Below, one piece after another: positions 34,518 to 45,712 of a DNA stretch of 64,000 nt. The position numbers and the translations under genes were made by a program. The DNA lies in IMG/VR virus record IMGVR_UViG_3300009161_000031, positions 1 to 64,000 of that record; one strand, 5' to 3'. Each line of letters begins with the position of its first letter. The first letter of the stretch is position 1. This DNA comes from a virus. The notes beneath the pieces were generated by a model, which saw only the letters and a program-made list of their open reading frames with translations, was not told the DNA's origin and did no database searches.

Positions 34518-35112
34518 AACAGTTAGTAGAGTTAGCAACCCTATTTGAGTTTGATAATGTTACTTTAAAGAATGATGGTTCTCCATATATGAATGCTTTG
34601 CTAGAATTGACAAAGTATGCTAATGATGCTGAGAGTATTCTTTATATTATGAATGACTTTCAGGCTCAGGCTCGTTTTAAGATTAAATATGGAGAGAGGT
34701 AATGATAACTAATAAAAAGTTTGCAGTTGAACTTAGTCGTACAGATTGGGTTATATTAGAAGATATTATCCAAAAAGAGGCTGATGTTTATTTTGATAAA
34801 ACAGGCATTGCTGCTGAGTCTTATAGATATAAATTAACTAAGATGTTAAAAGTAATTAAGAATACAGTCCATAATGACAATCGTTATACATTTTAACTAA
34901 GGAGATAAAAATGGAACTTACGAAACACGCAATTGTTACACCTAATGATGGTGTAATTGGACATAGAGCAAGGCAAGTAATAGAAAAGCATGGTAATAGA
35001 TTTATTGCTGTTACTGAACAAAGTGGAACTATTATTACGTTATTGCTAGATGGTTCTACTGGAGTTCTGTTTAGTGGTAAAGAAGCGTCTTGGAGAATTG
35101 TAGATGCAGATC

Positions 35113-35367
35113 ATGTTGAATAACAATATACCTATTTCATTTACTAGGGTAGTTACTATTACTGATAGCAGCAATATTGATGTTATTAAGTATGACCCTA
35201 ATACAAATAATATGACTGTATCTTTTTTAACGGGTGCTACATATCTTTATAATCCAGTTAATAATGTTTTATTTGGAAGTATTGTTTCTGCTGATTCTGT
35301 TGGAGCATTTTTTGCTGCTTCTATTAGAGGCAATAAGAATATTTCCTTTGTTGAGTATACTGAGTAA
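35113..35367 (+). CDS. KTSC domain protein
   Basis: SSNI..IKYD....MTVSF..G..YLY..V......SADSVGAFF...IRG. Confidence 0.8.
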   Translation: MLNNNIPISFTRVVTITDSSNIDVIKYDPNTNNMTVSFLTGATYLYNPVNNVLFGSIVSADSVGAFFAASIRGNKNISFVEYTE

Positions 35368-35379
35368 GTATTGAAAATT

Positions 35380-35541
35380 TAATAGGGGTCACGAAATGTA
35401 CATTCGTGACTTAATGTGAGGTATATATATAGTGATGTATATAGCCTATAAGATGCTAGAGGTTGAATACAAGAATACCTTATGATGCTAGAAAACCTCA
35501 ATATGTGTTGAATAGGTTTCAAGAGAAACCTCTCCCTATTA
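35380..35541 (+). ncRNA. Candidate structured ncRNA upstream of tRNA-Leu
   Basis: Closing stem TAATAGGG/CCCTATTA enclosing several hairpins. Confidence 0.4.
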
Positions 35542-35547
35542 GTTTTT

Positions 35548-35628
35548 GCTCCTGTGGCGGAATGGCATACGCAATTGACTTAAAATCAATGATCGAAAGA
35601 TATATGGGTTCGAATCCCATCAGGAGTA
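35548..35628 (+). tRNA. tRNA-Leu (TAA)
   Basis: Acceptor GCTCCTG/CAGGAGT; anticodon loop CTTAAAA; variable arm; GGTTCGAATCC. Confidence 0.9.
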
Positions 35629-36503
35629 CCCTATAAATATAAATAGAAAGAGGAAGCAATGGAAATATCACAAAAAGACATTATTGCATTAGCAGATGAT
35701 TTAGTTACTTTTAGTTGGCAAAGACATTGTCCAGAGAAAAGTATTATATATATGGAATCAGGAGTCATTTTTTATGTTCCTGAAGCGCAAGAAGAATTTG
35801 ATAAGATTGTCGATATTATTGAAAATGCTTTAAACCTATAATAGAAAAGAGATGATATGAAAGAGTTTGAGTATAAACCTTTATGTGTTGTTATTAATGA
35901 AGAGTATTGGTGTTTTAGTTGCGCCGATGGAAATAAATGGTTATTGAACGATATTATATTCAATACAGATGAATGGTATGATAGCGATAAAGCTAGAGTT
36001 CTTCAAACTCTAGTTTGTGTTGTTTGTGATAAAGAGTTAGATAGTTATGTTTATGGTTGCGAGTGTGGAGAATGTACAAAATGTCTAATAGATAGGATAG
36101 CAAATTGAGTTTAAACTTTAACTTTACAAATTGTGATGTAGATAAAGATACGTTGTGGCATAAGGTTACTGATATGTTTGGGGAGCAGGAAGATTTAACT
36201 GCTATTCCTAAAGTATTAGTATTTACTGCTATGGCTATTGGTGTTCCTAATATTAGTGAAGCGAATAAAGATGAGTTTTGGCGTAGGACTGAGATTCATC
36301 AAGATATTGTTGGTTCCTTGTTTAATTATGTTGACAAAGAGACTAATGATTTAGTTCCTATTCTTCTAACTCAAGAAGATGTCTATAAATATGTTGGAAT
36401 GAAAACTAACTCTAATATTAAAACTAAGACTGAGTTTAGGAATAAGATGAGAAAAGAGCAAGAATACTATTCGAATAGTTCAACATTGGGGAGTGTATAA
36501 GAT

Positions 36504-37004
36504 ATGGCAAATGATGTTATAACATCAAAGATTCGTGTAGCATTTACTAATGCAGGTGATATTACTGCCTGTCTATGTTCAATAACTGAAGTATGTTTAA
36601 TTCATAATATATATGATGAGAATCGTACTAATCATGATGTTATTGCTGATTGGGTTCAACGCTTAAGAAGTGGTGATTATCTTCAAGGTAAGGAAAATCT
36701 TAGAACTGATGATGATTGTTATTGTTGTCTTGGTGTATTGGCTGATATTGTTGCGCCTAAGGGTTGGCTTGAAGATACAACTGAAGAAACATATATCTTA
36801 AATGTTATTAGTGATGGCAATGGAATATTCTTGCTTCAAGATATAATTGATGCGTTAGGTATTGAAGATTGGACTCAGCGAATTTTAGCGAGTCTTAATG
36901 ATATAGGTATTTCTTTTGATGAGATTGCTGATTGTATTGAGGCTAATTCTTTTGCTAGTCTTGTAAAAGATATTCCTGAGTTGGCACAAAGAGAAGGGTT
37001 CTAA
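36504..37004 (+). CDS. Phage hypothetical protein, paralog 1 of tandem pair
   Basis: LRS..Y.QG...LRT..D.YCCLGVL.DI...LND.G.SFD.IADCIE. Confidence 0.6.
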   Translation: MANDVITSKIRVAFTNAGDITACLCSITEVCLIHNIYDENRTNHDVIADWVQRLRSGDYLQGKENLRTDDDCYCCLGVLADIVAPKGWLEDTTEETYILNVISDGNGIFLLQDIIDALGIEDWTQRILASLNDIGISFDEIADCIEANSFASLVKDIPELAQREGF

Positions 37005-37005
37005 T

Positions 37006-37509
37006 ATGAAAGATATTACAGATATATACAATTCAGATGCATATGGCAGACTTTTTAATACTGTTGCTGATATATATGAATGTGAATGTGAAGAAGATTT
37101 AGTATGTGTTGCTCATAATATTTACAATGAGAATAGAACTAACCACTATACTATCCAAGATTGGATTCTTAATTTAAGAAGTAAAGAATATGAGCAAGGT
37201 ATGCAAGCCTTAAGAACTTTAGATGATAAATATTGTTGTCTTGGAGTATTGTGTGATATAACTCCTAACAATGTTTGGTTTGAAGATGGAAATTTAGACC
37301 TTAGAAGTAATTATACAAATCAGAGTGGTACCTTGCTAGATAATGATATTCTTCATGATTTAGGTATTGCTGATGTTACTCAAAAGATTCTAGCTGGTCT
37401 TAATGATATGGGTACTTCTTTTGATGATATTGCTGATTGCATTGAGGCTAATTCTTTTGCTTCATTGTTATTTCATGCTCCAGAGTTTAATAAGAAAGGT
37501 AGTGAATAA
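37006..37509 (+). CDS. Phage hypothetical protein, paralog 2 of tandem pair
   Basis: Same motifs as 36504-37004. Confidence 0.6.
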   Translation: MKDITDIYNSDAYGRLFNTVADIYECECEEDLVCVAHNIYNENRTNHYTIQDWILNLRSKEYEQGMQALRTLDDKYCCLGVLCDITPNNVWFEDGNLDLRSNYTNQSGTLLDNDILHDLGIADVTQKILAGLNDMGTSFDDIADCIEANSFASLLFHAPEFNKKGSE

Positions 37510-38889
37510 TATGAGTGGCGTTACTTATAAGTCAATGGTTATGTTTGAGAATAATTGGGGTGTGTATGGATATCAGTCCCACAACTTGGGAATGTTTACC
37601 TGTATTGAATGTACTCCGAAAAAGAATATAGATTCGTTAGATGTATTTGAGGTAAATTCTGATACCCGTTGGGCTATTGATGATGAAGATACACAAGGGT
37701 TACAAGGATTAGAATGTTATGATTGTGGGGAAGTTTTATGTGTAGCATATGTACCTTATACTAACGAACAAAACTTGCGTTCTAACTTGCCTGATTTAGA
37801 TTTATTGAATAAAGCATTTGAGTTATTAGTAGAAGCAAACCAAGCCACTAGTGATTGGACTTATTTAAGCATACCAAAGGAGTTAACATAATGGGTGACG
37901 ATTGGATTTGGACTAGTTATCCAGAAACTATGACGTTAGAAGAATATCGTAAGAATAGAGATAAAGTTGAGCCTAAGAACTCTGAGTTTGTTTCGGCATT
38001 GTTTCCTATTGAGGCTACACTTAAAGAAATGGGAGAAAAATGAGTAATGGTAATGTAGTTATTGTCCAGCCTAAGATTGATGATGAGCATATAGATAGTT
38101 ATTGGTATGATGGTTTAATTGCTCATACTATTGATTATGAATTATATGCTCGTGGTGAGATTAAGATTATGATGGTAGATGAAGATGGTAATTATGTGGG
38201 TATGTATGATGGTAAGGCTAGAGATAATTATCGTAAACCATTGAATGACAATGACTTGAAGAAAGTCTATGCTTGTGAGGGTGGCTATATTACTGATAAT
38301 AATAACTGGTTTGAAATCAATATAATCAATGAACCAGACTTTGGGGTTATTGTTGATACCTATGATGAGGGTATCGAACGTCTAATAGAAATGAGTGGTA
38401 AGTAATGAGTATATTTAATAATGACACATATGTGATATTTAAAGATTCAATCCTTGACGAACTTTTTGAGGAGACTAATGGCTCTGTTCATATTGTTTGG
38501 TATGGTGGTAATATGTTTAATGTTTTTATAGACAATGTTGAGATTGACGTATTTACCTATGGTGGAGTTCCTGAGATTACTTTCGATATTGCCTATGCTT
38601 TATGTCAAGATCATTTTGATGAAATAAAGCAAGAATGGAACAGTGAAAATGAGTGAGGGCTATTCTCATATCTTATGGCTCGATGCTATTCTCAAAGACT
38701 TATTGGAGTCAGATGTACAACCAATTCATCCAGATTGGGATAGTAAAGAAAGTTATAAATCTGTTCAGTTAGCGAGAGCAACTTCAGATTTTAGTAATCT
38801 ATCAGGCCAAGAAAAGAGAGATATTTTTCTCTTTTTGTGTGGTTGGGTATTAGACAAACATAGCGGGTTAGATTTAGAGGAAAAAGAAA

Positions 38890-39210
38890 ATGATGAGTAA
38901 TCACGAAACTAAAGAATCATTGAAGAAACAGTCTGAGTATTCAGATTTATCTAGAGCATTGTTAATGGCTAGGTCTATGGAAGATACAGAAATGGTTGTT
39001 GGGCTACTTAAAGAAGTAGATGTAATTCTAGATTCCAACCCTGTAGATAGACTTATTATGCTTGGGTGTCTAGTTAATCTTTCACATTCGTGTGCTAGTG
39101 GAATGGCTGCACTTCTTGATATAGAAATTGCGGATATTGTATTAATGGATGCTACTGCTCAATATCATATTGAAGCTGAGACTATGAATAACTTTACAGA
39201 TGAGGCTTAG
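38890..39210 (+). CDS. Hypothetical protein, last gene of the AT-rich + strand block
   Basis: ORF followed by about 1.4 kb with little coding capacity. Confidence 0.5.
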   Translation: MMSNHETKESLKKQSEYSDLSRALLMARSMEDTEMVVGLLKEVDVILDSNPVDRLIMLGCLVNLSHSCASGMAALLDIEIADIVLMDATAQYHIEAETMNNFTDEA

Positions 39211-40960
39211 TATTTAATGTAAGCAATGTGGTGTTTTAAAGATGTTGAAATAGGGCTAGCGGGTTTTTTCCTTTCTGTCGTGATGGGAAACCTGCACTAT
39301 TTGTTGTAATAGTGTTTACTAACCAGAGTTGTTTGTTGTCTTACTTTTCTTAAGATAATGGGAAAGGTTTCCCGCCCTATTTCTACTTTTTATATTCTAA
39401 GTATATCCATAATCTGTAAACTATATATCGTTAGGATATTAATAAAACTATTTTACAATCATATTGTTATTTTCGGGGGTTTTTAGAGAGTCTAATATCC
39501 CTATATAGAATAGAATCTAAGGGGTCTAGAAGGCTAGCTGATGGCCTTTGTTATTCGGGCGGGACATTGGGATATCATATCTCCCTAGTAAGAGAATAAG
39601 ATAAGAGGCAAGCCAAAAAAGATACCTACCAACAAGGAGAAAAGAATGTTAACGATAATAACAATACTATTCATAATAACCCTAAGCATACTAATAACAA
39701 AAGTTAGTTAAAACAAACATAAAGACAGAGAACAAGGTTCCGCTATGATAACGGAACTAATGACGGGGGTCTGCTGTGCCATAATGTGCATTCTATTTGA
39801 GAGTTTTTTGATATAGAATAGGCTATTTCTAGCTGTTTGTAGATGATATTCGCCTATATATAAAAGAATTTAATATAAAACACTCCCTTATATAACCCTT
39901 ACTAGGAGAATATAAGAGTCGTTTAGACCCGCCGGTTATGGGTTTTGTTGGTGTTTGGTTCATATGTATAGTATATCAAGATTATTGTAAAGTTAGAGGT
40001 TGAGTATCTCCCTCCGCAAATATGATATTAAATTATTTTATTTGTGTTTTTGTAGAAAAAGTCAAAATTTGTTCCGCTGGCGTTTTTTACATATAATGTT
40101 TCTTTATAGGTAAGTTGGCGATAATTGTTGGCGGTATTTGTTGTATTCAGTTATTGCCCGCAAATATCCTCAACAATTGTGGCATTCTTTAACTCCATAA
40201 ATAAAAAAGAAAAATATCTTTTCATAAATTCGGGACTCTATTGTTTTCCTCTATTCTTAGAGTAATTAAAACAATAAATACTAACCGTTATATCCCCGCA
40301 AATAGTTTAGACGGGATTTGAAGAATTTATCCTCTAGTCTAAACTCATATATCTACCAGCAAGTAATTACTCCAAGGTTAGACTGTCACTTTTGTGGCAG
40401 CCGAATCTGGAGTATTTTTTTTGCCCTCATTTAACGCAGTAAAAAAAAGTTTCTTTTTTCAGTTTTAGAATCAAAAACTCGAGAAAATATAAAGTTTATT
40501 TATTTCCAAATAGGTAGACGTTAAAATAACCCCAACATCTAACACCAGATAAAACGGTCGTTTTTTGCTCCTTCGTCGCAAAAAGGGACGACCGCCTAAT
40601 GTGGCTGTCTGATGTTGATGTTTGTGTGTGCGGTATTTATTACACATCCCATTTGTTATCGCACCAGAGGAGGCTGTTGTTCCAAAACAGCCGCAGGCTG
40701 TTTTGGAACAACAGGCCAACAGCTATTAGACAAAAAAAAGGGGAGAGGCTGAGGGAACGTGAAACCCCCAACCTCTCCCCTAATCTTATTTAGAAGTTTA
40801 CGTCTTTTACGCTAACTCCAACATTTACGAGATTAGTTTCATCATTTAGAATCCCACTCATTTGAGCGGTAACTAAATCTTCCATTTCTCTATCTGTAAG
40901 CATTTTTCCTTCATCGCATTCCATACCGATTATCATTGTAAATAGTCTTAGTGTTTTCAT

Positions 40961-41260
40961 TTAGAAGTCCTTTCCAAAGTGTTCATTTATTTTATAGGCT
41001 AGGTATTCTTTATTTCCATTAGCGGGGTGATTCTTTATGCTGTTTTCTAATGATGACTCTTCAGCCAACTTTACTTCAGACTTATTACCGTAAGTCTGAA
41101 CATAAAGTTGATGCCAAGCACTTTCTGCTTCTGATTTGAGAATGTCAATCTCAAACTCTAAGTCTGCTATCTTTCCATCTTTCTTACCTTTACCCATAAG
41201 GTATCCGGCAAGAACAGAACCCATCATTAGTACTACCTGAAACCAAAATAGATTTCTCAT
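40961..41260 (-). CDS. Hypothetical membrane-anchored protein
   Basis: N-terminal hydrophobic helix, then coiled coil. Confidence 0.55.
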   Translation of the reverse strand: MRNLFWFQVVLMMGSVLAGYLMGKGKKDGKIADLEFEIDILKSEAESAWHQLYVQTYGNKSEVKLAEESSLENSIKNHPANGNKEYLAYKINEHFGKDF

Positions 41261-41550
41261 TGAATAAAATCTCCCGTCAACTCAAACAAACCATCTAGTT
41301 TGTTATTTACAACAATAAGCACTCTCTTTAGTTGAGCATTTTGTTCTTCTAAGTCATAAAGATTATTTAGTTTTTTGTGTATCTCTTCCATAGTTCTTGT
41401 TATTCTGGCAATCTCAACATCTTTCTCTACAACAGTCATTTCTAAAGAAGTAATCACTTCTGCTAACTCAAAGTTAGAATAGTTCTCTAACTCAAAGATT
41501 CTTGCTTGTCTAACACTACTAGGAATAAATACTTCTTCTCTATTCTCCAT
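41257..41550 (-). CDS. Hypothetical coiled-coil protein
   Basis: ORF with RBS; heptad pattern. Confidence 0.55.
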   Translation of the reverse strand: MENREEVFIPSSVRQARIFELENYSNFELAEVITSLEMTVVEKDVEIARITRTMEEIHKKLNNLYDLEEQNAQLKRVLIVVNNKLDGLFELTGDFIQ

Positions 41551-41967
41551 TTTTATTTCCTATCTATTAGGCCCGATTAGTCGGGGGTAAGGGGTGGAAC
41601 CGATAAGGCCACCCTAGCACACTCTCCCGCTTGTCTCGCATTGGCAAACTAAAAAAGAAAAAACCAAAATTTTGATCCGGGGAATAGTTCTACATAATGT
41701 TTTCGCATAGAGATGTTTGAGATTATTATTGTTGATTATTGTTGCCGTTAGTTATTCGCTTATTTATTCCAGTTTATTGTTGAGATAAGACGAAGAGATG
41801 CTGGCGTGCCAAAATCGCCGGAGGCGATTTTGGCACGCCAGCCCTGAAGCGGACGCGTCAAGGGGAGGGGCCGTCGCCCCTCCCCTATTCGCCGCAGACC
41901 TTCGGTGCCTGCCTTCCCTTCGGGTCGGGGGCTTGTTCCCCTACCCGCTACTAGTAACCATCGCAGG

Positions 41968-42234
41968 CTAGGCTCTCACCCGTACTTGGGCGAAACCCTC
42001 GGGCGAGAAGTCTACGCGGCACTCTCCCGCTTGAACCTCCGCCCAATGCTTGCGAATGGTTGCGGACACCGTAGGCCGGTCGCTTTTGGCGACAGCGCCG
42101 AATGTCCCCTTGAGGGCTACGCCTTGCTTGGGGGTAACCTTCGCAAGAGTCTCAAGAAGTTCTACAATAAGAACCTTCTTACGACCTCGTGGGGAAACCT
42201 GTACGGAATCCGCTGAAATGAACTCATCGTTCAT
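41968..42234 (-). CDS. Cassette protein, 'SPRGRKK' family copy 1
   Basis: RBS GGAGGTG; near-identical to 43042-43308 and 44662-44928. Confidence 0.8.
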   Translation of the reverse strand: MNDEFISADSVQVSPRGRKKVLIVELLETLAKVTPKQGVALKGTFGAVAKSDRPTVSATIRKHWAEVQAGECRVDFSPEGFAQVRVRA

Positions 42235-42507
42235 TTGTCTAATCACCTCCCGTCTTGAGCCGTTGCTCTTAGTGTTTCGAAGAATCCGAACTTTACCGGA
42301 TTACCTGACAAAGAACAGACTACCGGCCTAGAGCTATTGAGTCCACTTCTGCTCATTCTTTTATTTTTATTCTCAATAACTAACCTACTAAAAAAGCCTC
42401 ATTATTTGACACCACTAGATGCTGTCGTGCCAGGATCGCCTGCGGCGATTTTGGCACGACAGCCCACTCCGTAGCCTCGGGGGTTTCCCCCCGAGGATTT
42501 GCGGAAC

Positions 42508-42717
42508 TTAGACGTACTGCTTCTCACATAGGCAGCATTTGTCGTTGTAGTAAAAATCTGATTCCTTGCGCTGTTTGATGGTCTGCCTGCGAACGATTAG
42601 GGGTATGTAACTACCGCCTTTGGCTCGGGGGTCATTGTGAAAACAGTCGTGACAGACTAAGCCGTTACCGCCTAGGCGATGAACAAAATAACAGCCTTTG
42701 AGTTTTGGAGAAGTCAT
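42508..42717 (-). CDS. Cassette protein, small Cys-rich zinc finger
   Basis: CHDC...CCLC; own promoter and RBS. Confidence 0.65.
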   Translation of the reverse strand: MTSPKLKGCYFVHRLGGNGLVCHDCFHNDPRAKGGSYIPLIVRRQTIKQRKESDFYYNDKCCLCEKQYV

Positions 42718-43041
42718 TATGAGCCTTTCGGACTAGGGGACTTGATTACATACTGAAATCTACTAGCTAACGGCCTGCGAGTCAAGCCTTAGCGAGTATT
42801 TATTCTATTTATTTATTTATCTAACCCCAAGCAATGCTGGCGCTCCAAATCGCCGGAGGCGATTTGGAGCGCCAGCCCCGAGCGCGACAAGGCCCGCTCT
42901 GAGGGGGCAGAGCGGGCCTTGAGCTAGAGTAATTCGGGGGAGAGGTTCGCACCTCTCCCCCTACGGCTGCGGCTATCGGGATTGCCGCTGGCACCTCGCA
43001 CCCCGTAGCAAGCGGGGGGCGCTACTGATACGATTCATCCG

Positions 43042-43308
43042 CTAGCGGATACGCACCTGCGCGTATCCCTCCGGTGAGAAATCAATACGGCATTCGCCGC
43101 TTTGTATAACGCACCAGTGCTTCCGAATCGTTGCTGCTACCGTCGGGCGGTCACTCTTGGCGACTACTCCAAAGGTTCCCTTAAGCGCAACACCCTGCTC
43201 GGGTGTGACGTTCGAGAGAGTGTCAAGCAAATCCTGAATAAGAATTTTCTTGCGCCCTCGCGGGGATACCTGTACGGCATCAGCAGGTAGAAATTCATCT
43301 GCTGGCAT
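43042..43308 (-). CDS. Cassette protein, 'SPRGRKK' family copy 2
   Basis: RBS GAGGTG; paralog. Confidence 0.8.
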   Translation of the reverse strand: MPADEFLPADAVQVSPRGRKKILIQDLLDTLSNVTPEQGVALKGTFGVVAKSDRPTVAATIRKHWCVIQSGECRIDFSPEGYAQVRIR

Positions 43309-43580
43309 AATAATCACCTCGATTCTTGGGCCGTTGCCCGATAGTTACGATGGGAACCTTGCCGTTCCCTGCTGACAAAGACCAAACTAATCGCGATGCC
43401 GTTCCCAGTCAATTTCTGTACGTCATTATTACCTCAAGAAACTTATCATTTGCGCACATTCCATAAAATGTAAATACCGCTACGACTTGACACGGGCGTG
43501 CCTTTTTGCGAGAGCAAAAAGGCACGCCCGCCCTGAGCAACCGGCATCAGGGCGAGCGTACGGCCTTTGGAGGCTCGCTG

Positions 43581-43871
43581 TTAGGCGAAATCCTCGGGGG
43601 TGATGGAGTCCCAATCCATTGCGTCTACGACTTCCTCGGGGCTAATCCCGAGGAGTTCGGTCACCTCTAGGTGACTAACGCCTAAATCTAGCGCTCGGGC
43701 GATAATGGCGGGGCCGAGAGCGTCAAAGGCGCGTGACATAAGAAGCACACCCGTTATGGCGTGACGGATAGAGTCGGGGTCGCCATTGACGACCAACTCG
43801 TGAAGGTTAAACATTGCCTGTACGCTTACCTCTAGCGTTTCTGTTAGTAGATTACGCTCTTGCTCGTTCAT
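43581..43871 (-). CDS. Cassette protein with C-terminal HTH-like segment
   Basis: ARALDLGVSHLEVTELLGISPEEV. Confidence 0.6.
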   Translation of the reverse strand: MNEQERNLLTETLEVSVQAMFNLHELVVNGDPDSIRHAITGVLLMSRAFDALGPAIIARALDLGVSHLEVTELLGISPEEVVDAMDWDSITPEDFA

Positions 43872-44089
43872 TCGGTGGAGCCTCTCTGTTAGGTGACTTG
43901 CTTACAAAAGAGAAACTACTAGCTATTGGCCTGCGAGTCAAGTCGGAGCGGGGATTTATTCTATTTTATTTACAATGCCAAGCCAAGAGATGCTGGCGCT
44001 CCAAATCGCCGGAGGCGATTTGGAGCGCCAGCGCATAGCAAAGCCCCCACCGTTGCCGGTAGGGGCTTTTATTGCTAAGGCGGGGTGGC

Positions 44090-44446
44090 TTAGTTATCCA
44101 GCCCCTTAAACGTGCGTTCGATGTCTCGGATTGTCTGCGCTGCCCACGCATAGGCGAGTCCCTGTAACTCGTCTGCGATAGGCTCCCCCACTAGAAGGCA
44201 GAGAGCGATTCTCAAGCCCTCTTGCTCTCCCTCTATTTTTAGGGCTTCGGCATTGTGCGGGTAGTTAAATGCGTCTAGGCGTAACTCGCTTATTCCTAGT
44301 CGAATGGCTATGGCCTCAACAGCCGATTTGAGGTCTTTAACCCTTTCCATTATCGGATAATGGAAACCTGCCTGATAGTGAAAAAAGTTAAAGATCGCGT
44401 CTTTAAGTTTTTTTTCGTATGCTTCTGCGCTAGTCGCGATGTCCAT
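44090..44446 (-). CDS. Cassette hypothetical protein
   Basis: Lies between promoter 44487-44515 and a terminator hairpin. Confidence 0.65.
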   Translation of the reverse strand: MDIATSAEAYEKKLKDAIFNFFHYQAGFHYPIMERVKDLKSAVEAIAIRLGISELRLDAFNYPHNAEALKIEGEQEGLRIALCLLVGEPIADELQGLAYAWAAQTIRDIERTFKGLDN

Positions 44447-44661
44447 TGGGAGAGCCTTTCGGTTGGGTGGCTTGGGTACAAATGAGAAACTACCAGCTCA
44501 CGGCCTGCGAGTCAAGCCGGAGCGGGTATTTATTCTATTTATTTTTGTTAGCGATACCAGATAATGCTGGCGCTCCAAATCGCCGGAGGCGATTTGGAGC
44601 GCCAGCGCATAGGAAAGCCCCCGCCTCACGGCAGGGGCTTTCCCGTATTCCGCTAAGGGGG

Positions 44662-44928
44662 TTAGCGGATTCTTACCTGAGCGTATCCCTCAGGCGAAAA
44701 GTCAATACGGCACTCTGAAGCCTGAACCTCGCTCCAATGCTTGCGGATAGTCGCCGCAACCGTTGGCCGGTCAGACTTAGCAACCTCACCGAACGTACCT
44801 TTGAGAGATACGCCTTGCTTTGCGGTTACTTTCTTTAGTGTTGCGAGTAGGTCGGGGATTAGGATTTTCTTTCGACCTCGGGGCGATACCTGAACATCGC
44901 TAGCGTCAATAAACTCATCTACGGGCAT
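44662..44928 (-). CDS. Cassette protein, 'SPRGRKK' family copy 3
   Basis: RBS AAAGGAAAG; paralog. Confidence 0.8.
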   Translation of the reverse strand: MPVDEFIDASDVQVSPRGRKKILIPDLLATLKKVTAKQGVSLKGTFGEVAKSDRPTVAATIRKHWSEVQASECRIDFSPEGYAQVRIR

Positions 44929-45198
44929 TTGGCACTTTCCTTTTCTTAGTAGGTAGTTAGAGTAGAAAGTCTCCGCTCCAACAGAGATAAATCTACTCCT
45001 CCCTACTAAGTGAGTCAAGTTGGAGCGAGAGTTTTTCTAGAAACTTTTTGAGTAGCTGTCGGCCCGAGCGTTTATTCCACCTAACATAAAACCTAAGACG
45101 ACTTGACACGGGCGTGCCTTTTTGCGAGGAACGAGCAAAAAGGCACGCCCGCCCTGAGCAACCGGCATCAGGGCGAGCGTGCGGCCTTGCGGAGCGGA

Positions 45199-45426
45199 CT
45201 AGATAATCACGCCCTCCATCAGGTTTACCAACGCATCAGCCGTAGTTACCGGAGCGTAGCCGTAGGCAATAGCGGCGATTATTTCTCTATCGCCATTTTT
45301 TGCGGCGACTCTTAGAACGTGAGAGATAATGGCGACGACATTAGAGTCATTGCTTATCTTATGGGCGATAGAATCGGTGCGATTTATTAGAGCGCTTCTT
45401 ATGGCTTGAGTTTGTTCAGGATTCAC
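45199..45426 (-). CDS. Cassette hypothetical protein
   Basis: GTG start after a GAAAGGCTC leader. Confidence 0.6.
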   Translation of the reverse strand: MNPEQTQAIRSALINRTDSIAHKISNDSNVVAIISHVLRVAAKNGDREIIAAIAYGYAPVTTADALVNLMEGVII

Positions 45427-45712
45427 GTTGGAGCCTTTCGGTTAGGCGACTTGCTTACAAGAGAGAAACTACCAGCTATTGGCCTACGAGTCAAGCCGGA
45501 GAAGGTATTTATTCTATTTTATTTTAGAACTGATACCGAGCAATGCTGGCGCTCCAAATCGCCGGAGGCGATTTGGAGCGCCAGCCCTGAACGCAACAAA
45601 GCCCGCTCTGAGGGGGCAGAGCGGGCTTTGCGATAATGGCGGCCCCCCACGCCCCGTATGCGGGCGTAATGCCTTCAGCAAACCCAACGGGTTATGCGGG
45701 GGGGGCCACGAA

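Noticed and set aside
23953-39210. Stop-codon recoding as the cause of many short ORFs
   Set aside because: ORFs have their own RBSs or coupled starts, long genes read through in the standard code, and no suppressor tRNA is present
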